Of a DNA stretch of 64,000 nucleotides, positions 1 to 12,300 are shown one piece after another. Positions within the stretch are counted from its first letter, which is position 1, and the number at the start of each line of letters is the position of its first letter. The position numbers and the translations under genes were made by a program. Under the pieces are notes generated by a model. It was not told the DNA's origin. It saw nothing but the letters and a program-made list of their open reading frames with translations, and ran no database searches. This DNA is from Leidyana gryllorum EB-2025a (taxonomy: Eukaryota > Protista > Apicomplexa), in contig JBLWGC010000121.1 of assembly GCA_048772705.1 (NCBI GenBank), positions 1 through 64,000 of the forward strand. Direction: 5' to 3'.

Positions 1-64
1 CATGAACGCCTCACTTCGCCACCGTGACCTCAAAGGACCCCAAAGGTCAACAACGCAAACATTA

Positions 65-229
65 GTCGGCGTCGAGACAAGCCTCGTCCGCCCTCACAGA
101 AATTGTCCTGTGGGCGAACTAGGATTACCTAGAACTCCCAGGGTCTTCACATCACCAGAGAGTGCAATGGCTGCTCGAACCCCTGCTTGCATATTCATGA
201 TCACACAAGAGCACCAGGCAGGTAAGTTT
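65..229 (-). ncRNA. U1: U1 spliceosomal snRNA
   Basis: The minus strand reads AAACUUACCUG (5' splice-site recognition end). It then shows an SL1 loop GAUCAUGAA (U1-70K site), an SL2 loop CAUUGCACUC (U1A site), an Sm site AAUUUCUG (plus 97-104) and a terminal hairpin GGCGGACGAGGCUUGUCUCGACGCC. Length is about 165 nt, as for canonical U1. Confidence 0.93.
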
Positions 230-328
230 AAGAAAACCCGAAAAAATCGCCCAAGGTACCCCCTCCCCGTTTCGTCTCCTAACACTACGACTCATTTAAG
301 GTCCCACTCGACGGGTCTCCATGATCAG

Positions 329-728
329 CTGGGCATGTAGTTTGACTATTCTCATCGCCTTGAAGCGCCTGAAGGGTACAACAACTTCCGTGCTGGTGAT
401 CTATAGCTTTATGGAGCGAGCAAGCCACTAGGCTAGAAACGTGTGTGTTTGGCACTGTGTGTCTCGCGTAGTACAGTCACTTGGCCTCGTGCAGCCTATT
501 GTGCTTTAGGCAAATAAGGAAGTAGCAAGGGCCATAAGTATCACTACAAAGTAGACCCAGGAGCGCTAAACCCTTCGACCTCTATAACCGTTGGGGAATC
601 GCTATGCTGTTTGTGGTGGGGTAAGTGACACCAAGATACAACATACCTATCTGCACCAAGTCGCTTGTACCGAGATCAGAGCACCCCGATCCCCAACCAA
701 CCATCAGCCCGAGCGATTGTTAATAGGT
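329..728 (+). ncRNA. Putative structured ncRNA, candidate telomerase RNA (template CUAAACCCU at 566-574)
   Basis: About 400 nt with no ORF of 60 aa or more, in a genome whose intergenic gaps are usually under 60 nt. A 9-nt complement of TTTAGGG repeats is flanked by predicted long-range helices. The locus is divergent from U1. Ends are uncertain. Confidence 0.3.
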
Positions 729-881
729 TTCTATCTACTTAACTAAATGTCGGTTTATACAATGAATCTCGAGAATTAAATGAATAATGAATAATCCAAA
801 TAAATCAGCGATCGCACAAGTTCGCTCATCACTTATGGGAGGGCGTAGACTTGCTTGATCAATGCTCGCTCGAATGGTCGC

Positions 882-3800
882 CTACCAGGCCTCCACGTTG
901 TATCGTCCCTTAATCTGCCACTGCGTTATAACGTCCTCGGCTTTCACCTCGTCCATGTTGCCCTCCTTGCAAAGACATCTTCGGACGGCGTTGCGGATAT
1001 CGATGGGAACTTGCTTCGCACTCCCACACAGGTAGAAGTATCCTTCCTTGTTCACCATCATGTCGTAGAACAAAGCCGTGTCGTTGTCAATCTCGTGCTG
1101 AATATAATGTTTCTCCTTCTGATCCCGACTGAACGCAGTCTTCAAGTGGCTGATCACACCTTCCTTCTCATACTTCCGCAACTCATCACCGTACAAGAAG
1201 TCCTTCTTGGAGTAACGGCATCCAAAGTACACCACCAATGGCCCGATCGGCTTCTGCTGTACTTGTTTGACGTAGGCGCGGTTCTGGATGAAGGCCCGGA
1301 ATGGAGCCAAGCCAGTTCCCATACCCGCCACCAGGATTGGATAGCTGTCGTTGGGCGGCAGGTTAAATGCAGTCGGCTTGATAGCACTGATGATGGGAGC
1401 ACCCGGGGTGATCGACCGGATGTACCCAGTACAGGTACCGTAGCGGAGATCGCCAGATCCAGTCCTCCAGTCAACCACGCCGATACACAGGTGGAGCTTA
1501 GTGGCTCCGACAAACTTCTGGGACGAAGCTATACTGTAGTATCGAGGAGTGATCAGAGGGATCAGATCCAACAGATATTCCAGAGTCATGCGCGACTTCA
1601 CCGATGGGAACTTCTTGAGAACATCAAAGTTGTTCACGTACTCCTTGTTGGTCCACTGCAACAGGATTTCCCGATTGTCCTTCGACAACAGGTCCTTAGC
1701 AGCCTCCTTCTCGGAGGCATCCTCACAGTACCGCCACAGAGTGGAGTAGAAGGACCGCTTCGGCTTACCGAACAGATCCAAACACTCTGTCAGGAGCTGC
1801 TCAACAGTCATCGGATGAGTACACAGCAACTGCTTCACTTTCGCGGGCACGGAGCTCTGATTCTCATCGAACAGATCAATCTTGATCCACTGCCGAGGGT
1901 TCCAGCCAAAGTAGAAACAAACATCCCGCACGCCATTAGCGTTATTCTTGGGCCATATGGCCAGACTATCACCAAGGGCGTACCGAATGTTGTTTGTGTT
2001 CTTCTCGTCCCCATTGCTCAGATCAAACTCAAGATGGCGGATATCTACATCGTAGTCCTCAGGGGTCACACGATCATTCTTCTCCAACTTGACAATCTTA
2101 GAACCCGGAGGAACACAGGGAGCGTACTTCATGTCGTCAGTATTATCCAGATTCGTCACCTTGAAGGCGGTACGAGACAGGAAGACAGCGTCTTCTTCAA
2201 CTTGCGGCTCAGGCATCTTTGTCTCCGTGAAGAAGTTGGATTGCCACTCCTGGAGGCCAGTCTCGAAGCCATCCTCAGCTTGATCATCACCCAAACCGAT
2301 TTCAAGCAACCGCTTGGCCCCCAACTCGCTCATGATAGCATCGAACTTCTTGGCAGCAGCGTTGAAGAATACGTAAGCGGAATCACCAAGACCCATGACT
2401 GCATAGGAAATCTCTTTCAACATCTCCTTGCCCTCCGAGGTCTTGGAGGCCTTCTCCATTTCTTCGTACAAAGCCTTGGCATTGGGCGGGAACTCTCCCT
2501 GACCCGCGGTACTGCAGACAATGATAACACGGGACATGTTGGTGGCAATATCCTCGAGACTGACTTCATCAGCCTGGTAGATACTCGTGCTTTGCTGACG
2601 AGCCTTCAACAGATCACACAGACGTCGAGACACATCTTCGCTGTGACCGGTATCTGTACCGTAGATAACATGCCATTTCTCCTTGTCGAGTCCGCTACCA
2701 GCACCACCCGCCGCACCAGCAGCTCCTTGAGCAAAAGCGGCAGGTCCAAGAGCCCGCATCCGTAGTTTCTCAAATCGGTCATAAGCCCACTCCTGAAGCT
2801 TTTTCTCGAACTCCCCAGCCATCGCTGGGTTGATACGACGCAAGGAACCGAAACGATTCTCTTTCTTCAACAGATCGACAATAGAGGCCTTGAGCTTCCG
2901 ACTGTCCAGTTGGAACGGATTTTGACCCTTGTCCTGAAGTGCCGGGTTGTAACGATAAAGAGGCCAGTAGCCGCTATCAACAGCGAACTTGCAGTGCTCG
3001 ATCTGAAGGTTGAAGGGCTTGATGTACTGATGCTCGATACAAGGACTGTACGCCATGATAACAGACGGTCCGTTATACTCTTCGGCTTCGATGAAGGCAC
3101 GAATGGTCTGGGTCATGTTAGCACTGCTAGCGCAGGATGCCACGTAGACGTCACCGTACTCCATCACCATCTGTCCAAGATCCTTTTTGTGGCGGATACG
3201 TCCGCTTGTAGCAAACTTGTGCACAGCTCCCATGGTAGTGGCTTTGGATTGCTGACCACCAGTGTTAGAGTACACTTCTGTATCCAGGATCAGAACATTA
3301 ATGTCGGCACCGGAGGCCAGTACGTGATCGAGCCCGCCGTATCCGATATCATACGCCCAACCATCACCACCGATGATCCACTGGGAGATCTTCGGGAGCA
3401 TATCCTGATCGTTCTGGAGATGCGCAACCAGAGGATGAGCGTCCTTCTCGGCCTCGAACAGGTTCTTGAGTTTGAGATACACTTGGTTGCACACCACAGC
3501 GGACTTGTTCCAGTTCAGGAGCCATGCGCTCAACTCTGCTCGCATATCCGAGGAGATTGCATTGGTGAAATCTTCCGTCTTGAGAGCTTTCTCAATCAGC
3601 TCGGCGTATCGGGAACGTCTTGCCGCCGTGGCGACAGCCATACCGTATCCATACTCGGCGTTGTCTTCGAACAAAGAGTTACCCCAGGCAGGGCCGAGTC
3701 CTTTCTGGTTCACGGTGTACGCATTGGCTGGATAACTCGCGGCCCAGATAGACGAGCAACCAGTAGCGTTCGCGATGATCAGACGCTCGCCGAACAGTTG

Positions 3801-6426
3801 TGTCAACAGCTTCACGTAAGGAGTTTCCCCGCATCCTTCGCAAGCACCACTGAACTCAACCATTGGCTGGTAGAATTGACTGCCCTTGAGACTCAGACGT
3901 TCGCTCTCCTCAAGATCATCACTGCGGTCTTTGAGTTGTATCGCATACTCCCAGTTAGGCTCCTCTTCGGGTCTGGCGTCATCCAACGGTATCATCTTCA
4001 GAGCATCATCCGGACAGGCGATGTAACAGAGCTCACATCCTGTGCAGTCGTATGGCGATACTTGAATACGATATTTGTAGGACGCGATGTTCTGGAAACC
4101 TTTGCTCTTCTTCATGACGAAAGAAGGCGGGGCGTTCTCGGCTTCCTCATCGTCTATAAGGAAGGGACGAATGGCTGCGTGGGGGCAGACGAATGAGCAC
4201 TGGTTACACTGGGTACACTTGTCCATGTCCACAACCGGGACGTTGAGGGCAATAGCACGTTTCTCGTAGCCAGCGGTTCCAGGAGGAATGACACCACCAG
4301 CGAACTCCTGGAAGGCAGAAGTAGGCAATTGATCACCTTCCATTCGTTCCAAAGCAACCATAACGCCCTTGACGAAAGTAGGAGGCTCCTGAATGTGTGC
4401 GCTGTTGACGAGTTTGGCTTCGGCTTGTGCCAGATCAGCTTGAGCCCAAAGAGCCTTGTCGTATTTGACTTCCGAGACAGCGTCGATAGCCGCGTCCACA
4501 CATTTCCAGTTGGCATCGACAACGTGCTGACCCTTCTTGCCGTAACTTTTGGCAATGGCCTTCTTGAAAAGACCAATCGCCTGTTCCATCGGCAGCACCC
4601 CACTGAGCTTGAAGAAGGCCGTCATCAGCACGTTGTTGATACGACGTCCCATGCCGTTGTCCACAGCGACCTTGTTGGCATCAATGGTGTACATCTTGAT
4701 GTCATTGTCAGCAATGAATCTGCGCACCCGTCCTGGCAGTTCCTTCTCCAGATCTTCGAGGGTCCAGTTGGTGTTGAGCACAAAGATACCTCCATGCTTC
4801 AATGTGGACAGACAATCATATTTTTGTATGTACAGTGCGCGATGCACTGCAACATAGTCGCTTGATTGTAGCAAATATTGGGATTTGATTGGCTTGGGTC
4901 CGAACCGAAGATGGCTGACCGTAAGCCCTCCGGCTTTGTGGGCTGAGTAGGCAAAGTATCCTTGGACGTAAAGGGGTGTGTTCATTCCCAGAATCTTGAT
5001 GACATTCTTGTTGGCTCCGACGGTACCATCACTTCCCATACCCCAAAACATGCACTGCGTAGTTCCAGTCGGCACGGTATCGATGTGGAGCTCGTGGCCG
5101 GGATATTCAATTGACGAACCAGTGACATCATCAACGATACCAACGCAGAAAGCATGTTTCGGGTTCTCAGAGGTGAGGTTGTCAAGAACACCAACAACCA
5201 TTGAAGGGTGGAAGTCCTTGGACCCGAGACCGAAACGTCCGCCAATACACTGTGGTGAAAGAAGGAATGTACACAGAATGGGCAGTGGAAAGGCTTACTT
5301 TGATGTGACCGAGACCTGCAGCCGTCAGCGAAGCAGCAACGTCCAGGTAAAGAGGCTCGCCTAGAGCGCCTGCTTCCTTGGTGCGATCAAGTACACATAA
5401 ACGTTTGGCAGATTTCGGAATGGTCTTGGTGAAGAGATCCAGACGCCAGGGACGGAATAGTTTCACAGTTATGAGACCTGCCTTCTGGTTTCTTGAGGCG
5501 GCAAGCCAATCAATAGTCTCTTCAACGACTGGACCTCCAGCACCCATTATTACAATTATATTCTCCGCATCTTCGGCGCCATAATATTCAAAGTGGCGAT
5601 AGCGTCTTCCTGTCTTCTCGGCAAAACGGTCGAAACAATCCTGTAAGATCTCTGGCACCCTCTCGTAGTATTGGTTAGCAACTTCTACATTTTGGAAGTA
5701 TACTTCAGGACCCTGACTAGCGCCCTTGGTCATTGGATGAGTAGGGTTAAGAGATCGTTGGCGGAACTTGTGGGTTGCCTCGAAATCTAGCATACTCCTG
5801 ATTGTGTCATAATCGATCATTTGAATCTTCGAGAGCTCATGACTAGTTCGGAAGCCATCGAAAAAGTGGACAAATGGTACTTTCGCCAGCAGCGTAGCCA
5901 TGTGAGCTATCACCGCCATATCTTGAGCTTCCTGTACTGAAGCAGAGCTGAGCATAGCCCACCCGCATTGTCGGACGGCCATAACATCTGAATGATCACC
6001 AAAGATCGATAGAGCCTGCCCAGCGATCGCACGAGCGGACACGTGAAATACACATGGAATCAGTTCTCCAGCGATCTTGTACATCGGGGGAATCATGAGC
6101 AGCAGACCTTGAGAGGCCGTGAAAGTGGTTGTTACAGCCCCAACAGAAAGACTGCCGTGAACGGCACCGGCCGCGCCGGCTTCTGACTGTAGTTGCCTCA
6201 CAACACACACGTCACCAAACACATTTCTCCGGCCATTGGTAGCCCAGACCTCATAGATTTCCGCCATTGCAGAGGAAGGGGTGATCGGGTAGATGAAAGC
6301 AGCATCTGAACAGGCGTATGCCACATGCGCAGCAGCTGTACACCCATCTACCACATCTTCTTTGGGATAGGATCTTAGCTGTTGTTGGATCTCTTCGGAC
6401 AGAGGAGGTGCCATGTGGAGAGACAT
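882..6426 (-). CDS. PNO: Pyruvate:NADP+ oxidoreductase (pyruvate:ferredoxin oxidoreductase fused to a cytochrome P450 reductase-like module), about 1830 aa, 2 exons
   Basis: PFO motifs are YPITPS, DGFRTSHE, GSDGTVGANK, two ferredoxin CxxCxxCxxxCP motifs and GGDGWAYDIGYGG (TPP site). These are followed by flavodoxin (YGTDTG, GLGDSAY), RYYSIAS, GTGLAPF and a C-terminal Trp. A phase-0 intron at 5250-5298 (GTAAGC...CAG) joins GHIK to CIGGRFGLGSKDF. Confidence 0.96.
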
Positions 6427-6435
6427 TTTCAAGTT

Positions 6436-7566
6436 CTAAGGATTAACCGAGCCGAAGGCAGGTGTGGAGGTCAATCCTGTGCTTGATAAAATATAGTCGG
6501 ACCTGTTGGAAGTGTGTGCGCAGTATTTCCGGTGTCTCAGCTCACTCAAACGCAAGGGTTTTCGGATGGCTTTCCAGCCGGAATATTCGTCTTTCTTCTC
6601 CTTGGTGGTATCTGATGTCTGCACCGCGCTTCTCCATCCATATCCGGATGTCGACCAAGCTATCCCAGAGCCGGCCCAGTGCCGGACCGGGTCCATTTGT
6701 TTTTGAGCTGATCCCGGTGGCCTACAGGGTGACAGAAAAGTGAAAGGGAGGGCGTAAGTATCACCTGATTCACGAATAGGACGTGGCATCGGGATCGTTG
6801 TGCAAAGGTCTTAACATAAGCAATCAAGTCGGTGAATTGCTTGCCCCGTTTAATGTAGTATTCCCTGTGCAATAAGGTTTGGGTGGGTTGCGTAGTACTA
6901 ATGAGCCCTACGGAACGTTATCGTTATTTTCATCCTGGAATCTGAAGAGGGTTGCCACCGAGTCCAGAACAATCATTGAGATCTGCTAAGATTGGTGGTC
7001 ATAGATCTGTGATCCGATCTAGGATCTGCTGACCTGAGGCAGGGAAGTGAGCCATTGAGGCAGCTGCTCCAAGAGGTGATCACGGCAGTCTGTGTGATAC
7101 ACTAAGAGTTGTTCAAGCAACAGTTGTGGATCGATGACACCCATCGCCTTTAGCATTTGCTGGAGGCGCTGGGCCGGGAAGACACCGTTGGTGGCTACAT
7201 AGATGACCTTTTGCAGGGGCGTTTGTCTGACGGCGATGAGCTTCTGACCAGCTCGAATTTGAGTGAAATGGTACAGATAGAATTCTTACTCGTGCAGTCA
7301 GTTGGAGTGCGAACTGTGTTTTGCCTACGCCTGGCTCGCCCTGACACGGGAGATAGAGGGGAAGGTTGGGAGGAGCTTACAGCGACTTGGATGGTGAGAA
7401 CGGGGGGAAAGCCCCCATCCAGCATAGCGTCGAGGCCTGCATCTCCAGAAGGCAGAATATGTTGGTGATAGGGGGGAGTTTGAACGGCAAGAGATGGATT
7501 GAGTACGTGAGCATAGATTTGTCGCGCATTGCGAGGAGGCATTGTCGGGAATGCGGGAGCCTTCAT
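6436..7566 (-). CDS. RAD51 paralogue (XRCC3/RAD51B-D-like RecA-fold ATPase), multi-exon
   Basis: The spliced reading gives SGDAGLDAMLDGG, Walker A GEPGVGKT, VIYVATNGVFPAQRLQQM, Walker B MIVLDSVATLFR, VLFVNQ and PALGRLWDSLVDIRIW. The last exon is inferred. Confidence 0.85.
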
Positions 7567-7591
7567 GTTTGGACAAAAGTTTGCTAGCTAA

Positions 7592-9322
7592 CTAGGAGGC
7601 ATAGAAGTCGCCACTGGTGTTCTCTCCCTGGAGCCAAGCGGACTTGTGGCCTTCGGTCCGGTCCAACGCCAGGGAGGGCACCATGCGTGGTCGTTGTTGC
7701 TTGGACATTTGTATTTTGAGCGGGAATGTATAACCTGAATCACTGGATGCAAGTGACGCCCCCAAATCTTCCGTGGGTAACAGTTCCGGTGGCCTGGTGA
7801 TTTGAGGCGGTGGGCACTCCGAATTGTGGGCTGCGGCGCTACTTTGGGCCGATAGGCCAGATTCTCGGTGCAGATCTGCCCGATAAGATTCAACGGCGCT
7901 GGGGATGTCTCCCAATGGTTGTCGATCCTCGTCGTTCGACTCCAGTGATTGCTGCTTGCGTAACAATGGTTGGGTATTCTTGGTTGGGGCATTGGGAGAC
8001 TTGGCAGACGGTTTCCTTTGAAACTTGGGGATACCCGAGTTGATGTTTGCTCGCGGGTCGAGGTTTTCGGCGTCGTCGCTCCCGTGGCTGCTCTCGTACT
8101 CACAAGCGTCAGTCGGGACCATCTCATTCTGTCGAGTTCCTTGACGTGGCATCTCATTTGATTCGCTCACCTGAGATCGTCGGCTCCACCCGGCGGGGGC
8201 GAGAAACGTAGACTGGTCGAGGTTTTGGTTATCGACGAGCGCACGGAGCGAATCAATGTGCGCATTCAGCGACGCTTCGGCTGCACTCGACTCCTGCGGC
8301 TCCAACAGGGCGGCGTCCGCGGCCGATCTTTGGACGCGTGGTTGCAAACGGTTCCTGCGAGGAGAGATTATGATGTGTGCCCGGCCAATCAGTCCCTCCG
8401 CCGAGTTAGACACTTACAGATTGTGTGGTTGAGTGAAGCTCCCGCCCTGAGGTCGCGACAAGCTATGAGAGAAGTCTCTCCTCTCATCCGCCGCGAGCGA
8501 CAGTGGGGGGAGTGTCGATGTCGCAGCCGAGATGCGGCTCTCATTTGTCGGAGCTCTCGGCAGCCCAGGCGGTATCGGGATGCTACCGGGGGCGTTCATT
8601 GGGCCCGGGAGGTTAGACGGCAAGAAGTCTTCAGCCGGTTGCGGGTCACGAACCATCACGGAGGGTACAATGGGTGGTTGGGTGATCAACCGCGGGACAT
8701 TGACCGCGACTCCGGTGGGGCCCACTTTATAGGGGAACTCAATGGTGGACTTACAGGTGTCCTTGTTGAAGTCGTCGGGTGGAGAGAGGGGGTAATACTG
8801 TGGATCGAGATTCGCGATATTCGTGTGCGGAGGCGGTTCGGTGTTGGGGAAGTTTGCGTTTGACTCGCAACTTTGCTGTTGCTCTACATACGTCATCACT
8901 GCGTGCATATAGGACTGCCAGGTGACCAAAGCAAACTCCATCTGATTGCACTGTCGTTGCAGTTTGGATACTTGTGCGTGTAGATTATCTATCCCGTCAA
9001 TGTAAATGTCCAATGGAAAGTTGTCAAGAGCAGACCGGAGGCCCTCTTCGCCATGACGCTTATGGAGCGCGATCAAGTTGGGCAGAGCGGGCAGATGTAA
9101 CGAGTCGTCCTCACAACCGCTCCCGCAGTCGTGACGGGTACTCGACTCAAAGTGGTGTGAACCAACAGATCGCCGGGATCCCCCTTTTCGGGTACCCGCT
9201 TGTTTTCCACACGTGGCTCGGTTGAAGGATCGCCCTACAACCGCCCCACCAGTCCCGCCAAAACTCTGACGAGGGGGTATCCCTGGCATTCGTCCGCACC
9301 GATAATCACTGGCAGTTGGCAT
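7592..9322 (-). CDS. Hypothetical protein with a short coiled coil and long Pro/Ser-rich disordered regions, 2 exons
   Basis: ORFs 8414-9346 and 7592-8413 are joined in frame by a GTAAGT...CGCAG intron at about 8355-8417. Confidence 0.65.
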
Positions 9323-9342
9323 TTCAAAAACACAAGCAACTT

Positions 9343-12300
9343 TCAATTATTCTTCTTCTTCAAGACCGCTACTTGTGGTCTCGGAGTGTTACTTTTCGCT
9401 TCCCTACTGAACCCTACACCCAATCCGTCTCGCTCTATAGACCCATCGAGCCCTTGTCCGATATTAGCGTCCTGCACCAACTGACCAATTGCACTCAGAG
9501 CCTCTGGCTCCATAGCCGGACTCATCTGCTGACGCATCTTGTAACTCTGCAGCCCAAACACGTGTTTTCACCACACAGACCCACAGCGCACTCACAGCCA
9601 TCAAGAAATTGCTCAGAGTGTCCTGATTGGGAGACGTGCACTGCGTTGTCTTAGCGTCATTCGTGGACCTTATGGTCCTGACACTCAACTTCCAATCTAT
9701 AATAATAACACCCCCTTGATGTCTGCCCCATATATCCGACCACTTACAACAGGTGATACATTGAAAGTTCGCTTGACCCTCGGTACCAATAAAATGCCCT
9801 CGAATTCGACCTCCTCCGTGCTCAGCCAAACCAACGTGCCAAGTCATCGTGACTGAACAACATTTATACACACACACGTGTGTTTACCAGTTTCTATGCA
9901 CTCACACTGATGGTCACTGCCTGCCAATTTCCATTTGGCCAAACCTGACAGCCCGACACTTGAGGTGGACCGATTGGCACTGAGTTGGATCAGCTCGGCG
10001 TGCGTGAACAAACGCACAATGTCCATCAGACGAAGAGCTTCCCGACGCAAGCCGACTGCAACCAGCCGAAGAGGTGGGGATCATATGTGTTCTGAATTGA
10101 TTTGGCTCACCTTCCAAATCGTTGCTGATTTCACGTCGGAACACTCGGCTTCCGACGGAGACTGTGAGTACTCGACCGATGGCGGCGATTTTGGACTGCA
10201 CAAACAACGTCGTTGTTATCAAAGATGAACCTTTGCTGCTCCGAGCCACTCACGGGTTCCGGGAACTTATCGATGACTTCCCTTTGATAGATGTGCCAAA
10301 CTAATGCACAGTCACCACGTTGTCGTCGCTCGCGGTTCGCCTCGTTGAATTTGGTGATTAGGTCTGCCATCTCGGGGGGTTTGAGTCCAGCGGACTTTTC
10401 GCTCAAGACAAACCGGCCACTCTTCCAGAGCTCTGGGAGCAGTGAAGGCCAAATGCGACGATCCATATCGAGGATGATGTCGACATCGGGGCCCAGTTGG
10501 AATACCGCTCCAATGCTTTTGAGTATTTCTGAGTGATACCGGGTGTGGAAACTGGGTCAAAGGGCGTGGGCGGACAAACCTGCTGATTGGAAATTGTGTC
10601 CTTCCTTCAGATCTGTGGCGACCTTTGTGCTCAGATCGAAGATACCGACCACTCGAATTCTGTCTTCTTTGGCCAAGAAGTAAGCCATATCCTGCACCAT
10701 TGGTCCACAGCCCACCAGGGCAATCTTTTGCGGATTCCGTGTCATCTCCAAATGGCCGTCCAGAGTGATGGCGGCCGCAAAGTCGGGCCATCGGGTCAAA
10801 CACTCCTTGACGGCTTTTCGGGCACTCTCCAAATCGCCCACAGCCTTGTGGCATCCTGCCAGATTGGTCAATGTCCCCGCTGTGACTAATGTGGGACATG
10901 TTTTCATGAATTCCTAAAGGTGAGACGCGTAAATCGATGTTCGCTTCCCCGGGAAGACGCCCTTTCACTCACATTGAAGTAATACAGCGCTGCGGCTGGA
11001 CGCCCCAGACGCAAACACATGTGTGCGAGTATCTCTGGCAAGTCATCATCGGACTTGATAGGGAACCAATTAGCGTAAATCTCTGCGAGGTCAATGAGGA
11101 GATCGTTCTCATATGTTGGAGACATCTCGGGAGGTTGGCAGTTGGATATCTTAGAAGCTCCAAAATTGGTCAATGCATCGGGATCGTGGCACGACACCCT
11201 CATTATTGCGTTCATGTGACGGAGAGTGATGGTTCTGTTAGGAGAGAGACGCAAGATAGATTTCTGAGCTTCGATCACTTTGTCTCTCACCCTTTTATCT
11301 TTTCCATCTCAGCGGCTTCGTTCATCAGGGTCACCAAATTGTCGGGTAGTATGTCGTTCCACCGGCCGGCCATGCATCCGGCGAGTGCGGCGAAGGTCGT
11401 GGGTCGGTCGTAGAAACAGAGGCACGACACATTGAAGGTACTCTTGAAGGGGCAGGCGAATTGGAAACCCCCCAAAACTTGAGTGTAGCGCTCGAGCGCA
11501 TGAAAGTTGCACCCGAACGACACTGTGCCGTGGATAGCGATATGGGGAGGCCGCAATCCGAAGAAACTCGGCAGAACACTGTATCCCTAAAAGTGTGGTA
11601 ACAATTGACTTCGGCTCGAACTCCAAAAGGCCTCACCTTATCGCCCAAAATGGCGAACAGCTTATTGCCACTCATCTGTTTGAGCTTCTTGAGGATCTTC
11701 ATCGCCCCAACCGGCAGAGTGAGCGATAGCGGACAATCATTGGCCACCGCGTCTTTGACGTACCACCTGTTGAGAAGCACACACACGATTTGATCGGAGA
11801 GACGTGCGTGCCTGCCTCACCGAAGAACATCAAAGAAGGCGGGCTCGTCGAACATGTATTGAGGGGGAGGTGAGGGGGGCAGAAGTCTGTCAATGTGTTC
11901 GTCCCATCCTCGGAGGAGCTGTTCTTTGAGGTCGCGTCGAGAGCTCGGATCGTCGTCTAAGCTTTGGGACATAGCTTGATAGCTGGGGATGTAGGGGAAC
12001 CGTTTGGGGAGATCAGCGATCTGCTGCGGTTCAGCGTCCCAACCTCCTCCAGGCAGATCAGTGTCGGTATAGGGGGTCCAGTTCCACGAGAAAGTGGCTC
12101 TCCCCAATACCTCGGGACTCTCCGGGTCGGCTTCTTCCTGTTCCGAGTAGAGCGAAAGACGCGCCCCGGTGACCAAGGCCGGCTTGGAGTTGCGTGGAGG
12201 GTGGATCTGGACAGCATCGGTCATGAGGCTGTCGAGCACGTAGTTGCCGATGACCACCAAAGGACTACCTTTGGGGATGGCAGTGTCTCGACATATCATG

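Noticed and set aside
2-340. ORFs 2-340 (+) and 94-285 (-)
   Set aside because: They overlap the U1 snRNA and have no protein features.
855-4865. Long plus-strand ORFs (636, 428 and 178 aa) antisense to PNO
   Set aside because: They are shadow ORFs opposite a strongly codon-biased gene and contain no recognisable motifs.
5182-5298. Apparent split or frameshift of PFO into two ORFs
   Set aside because: Explained by a canonical 49-nt intron.
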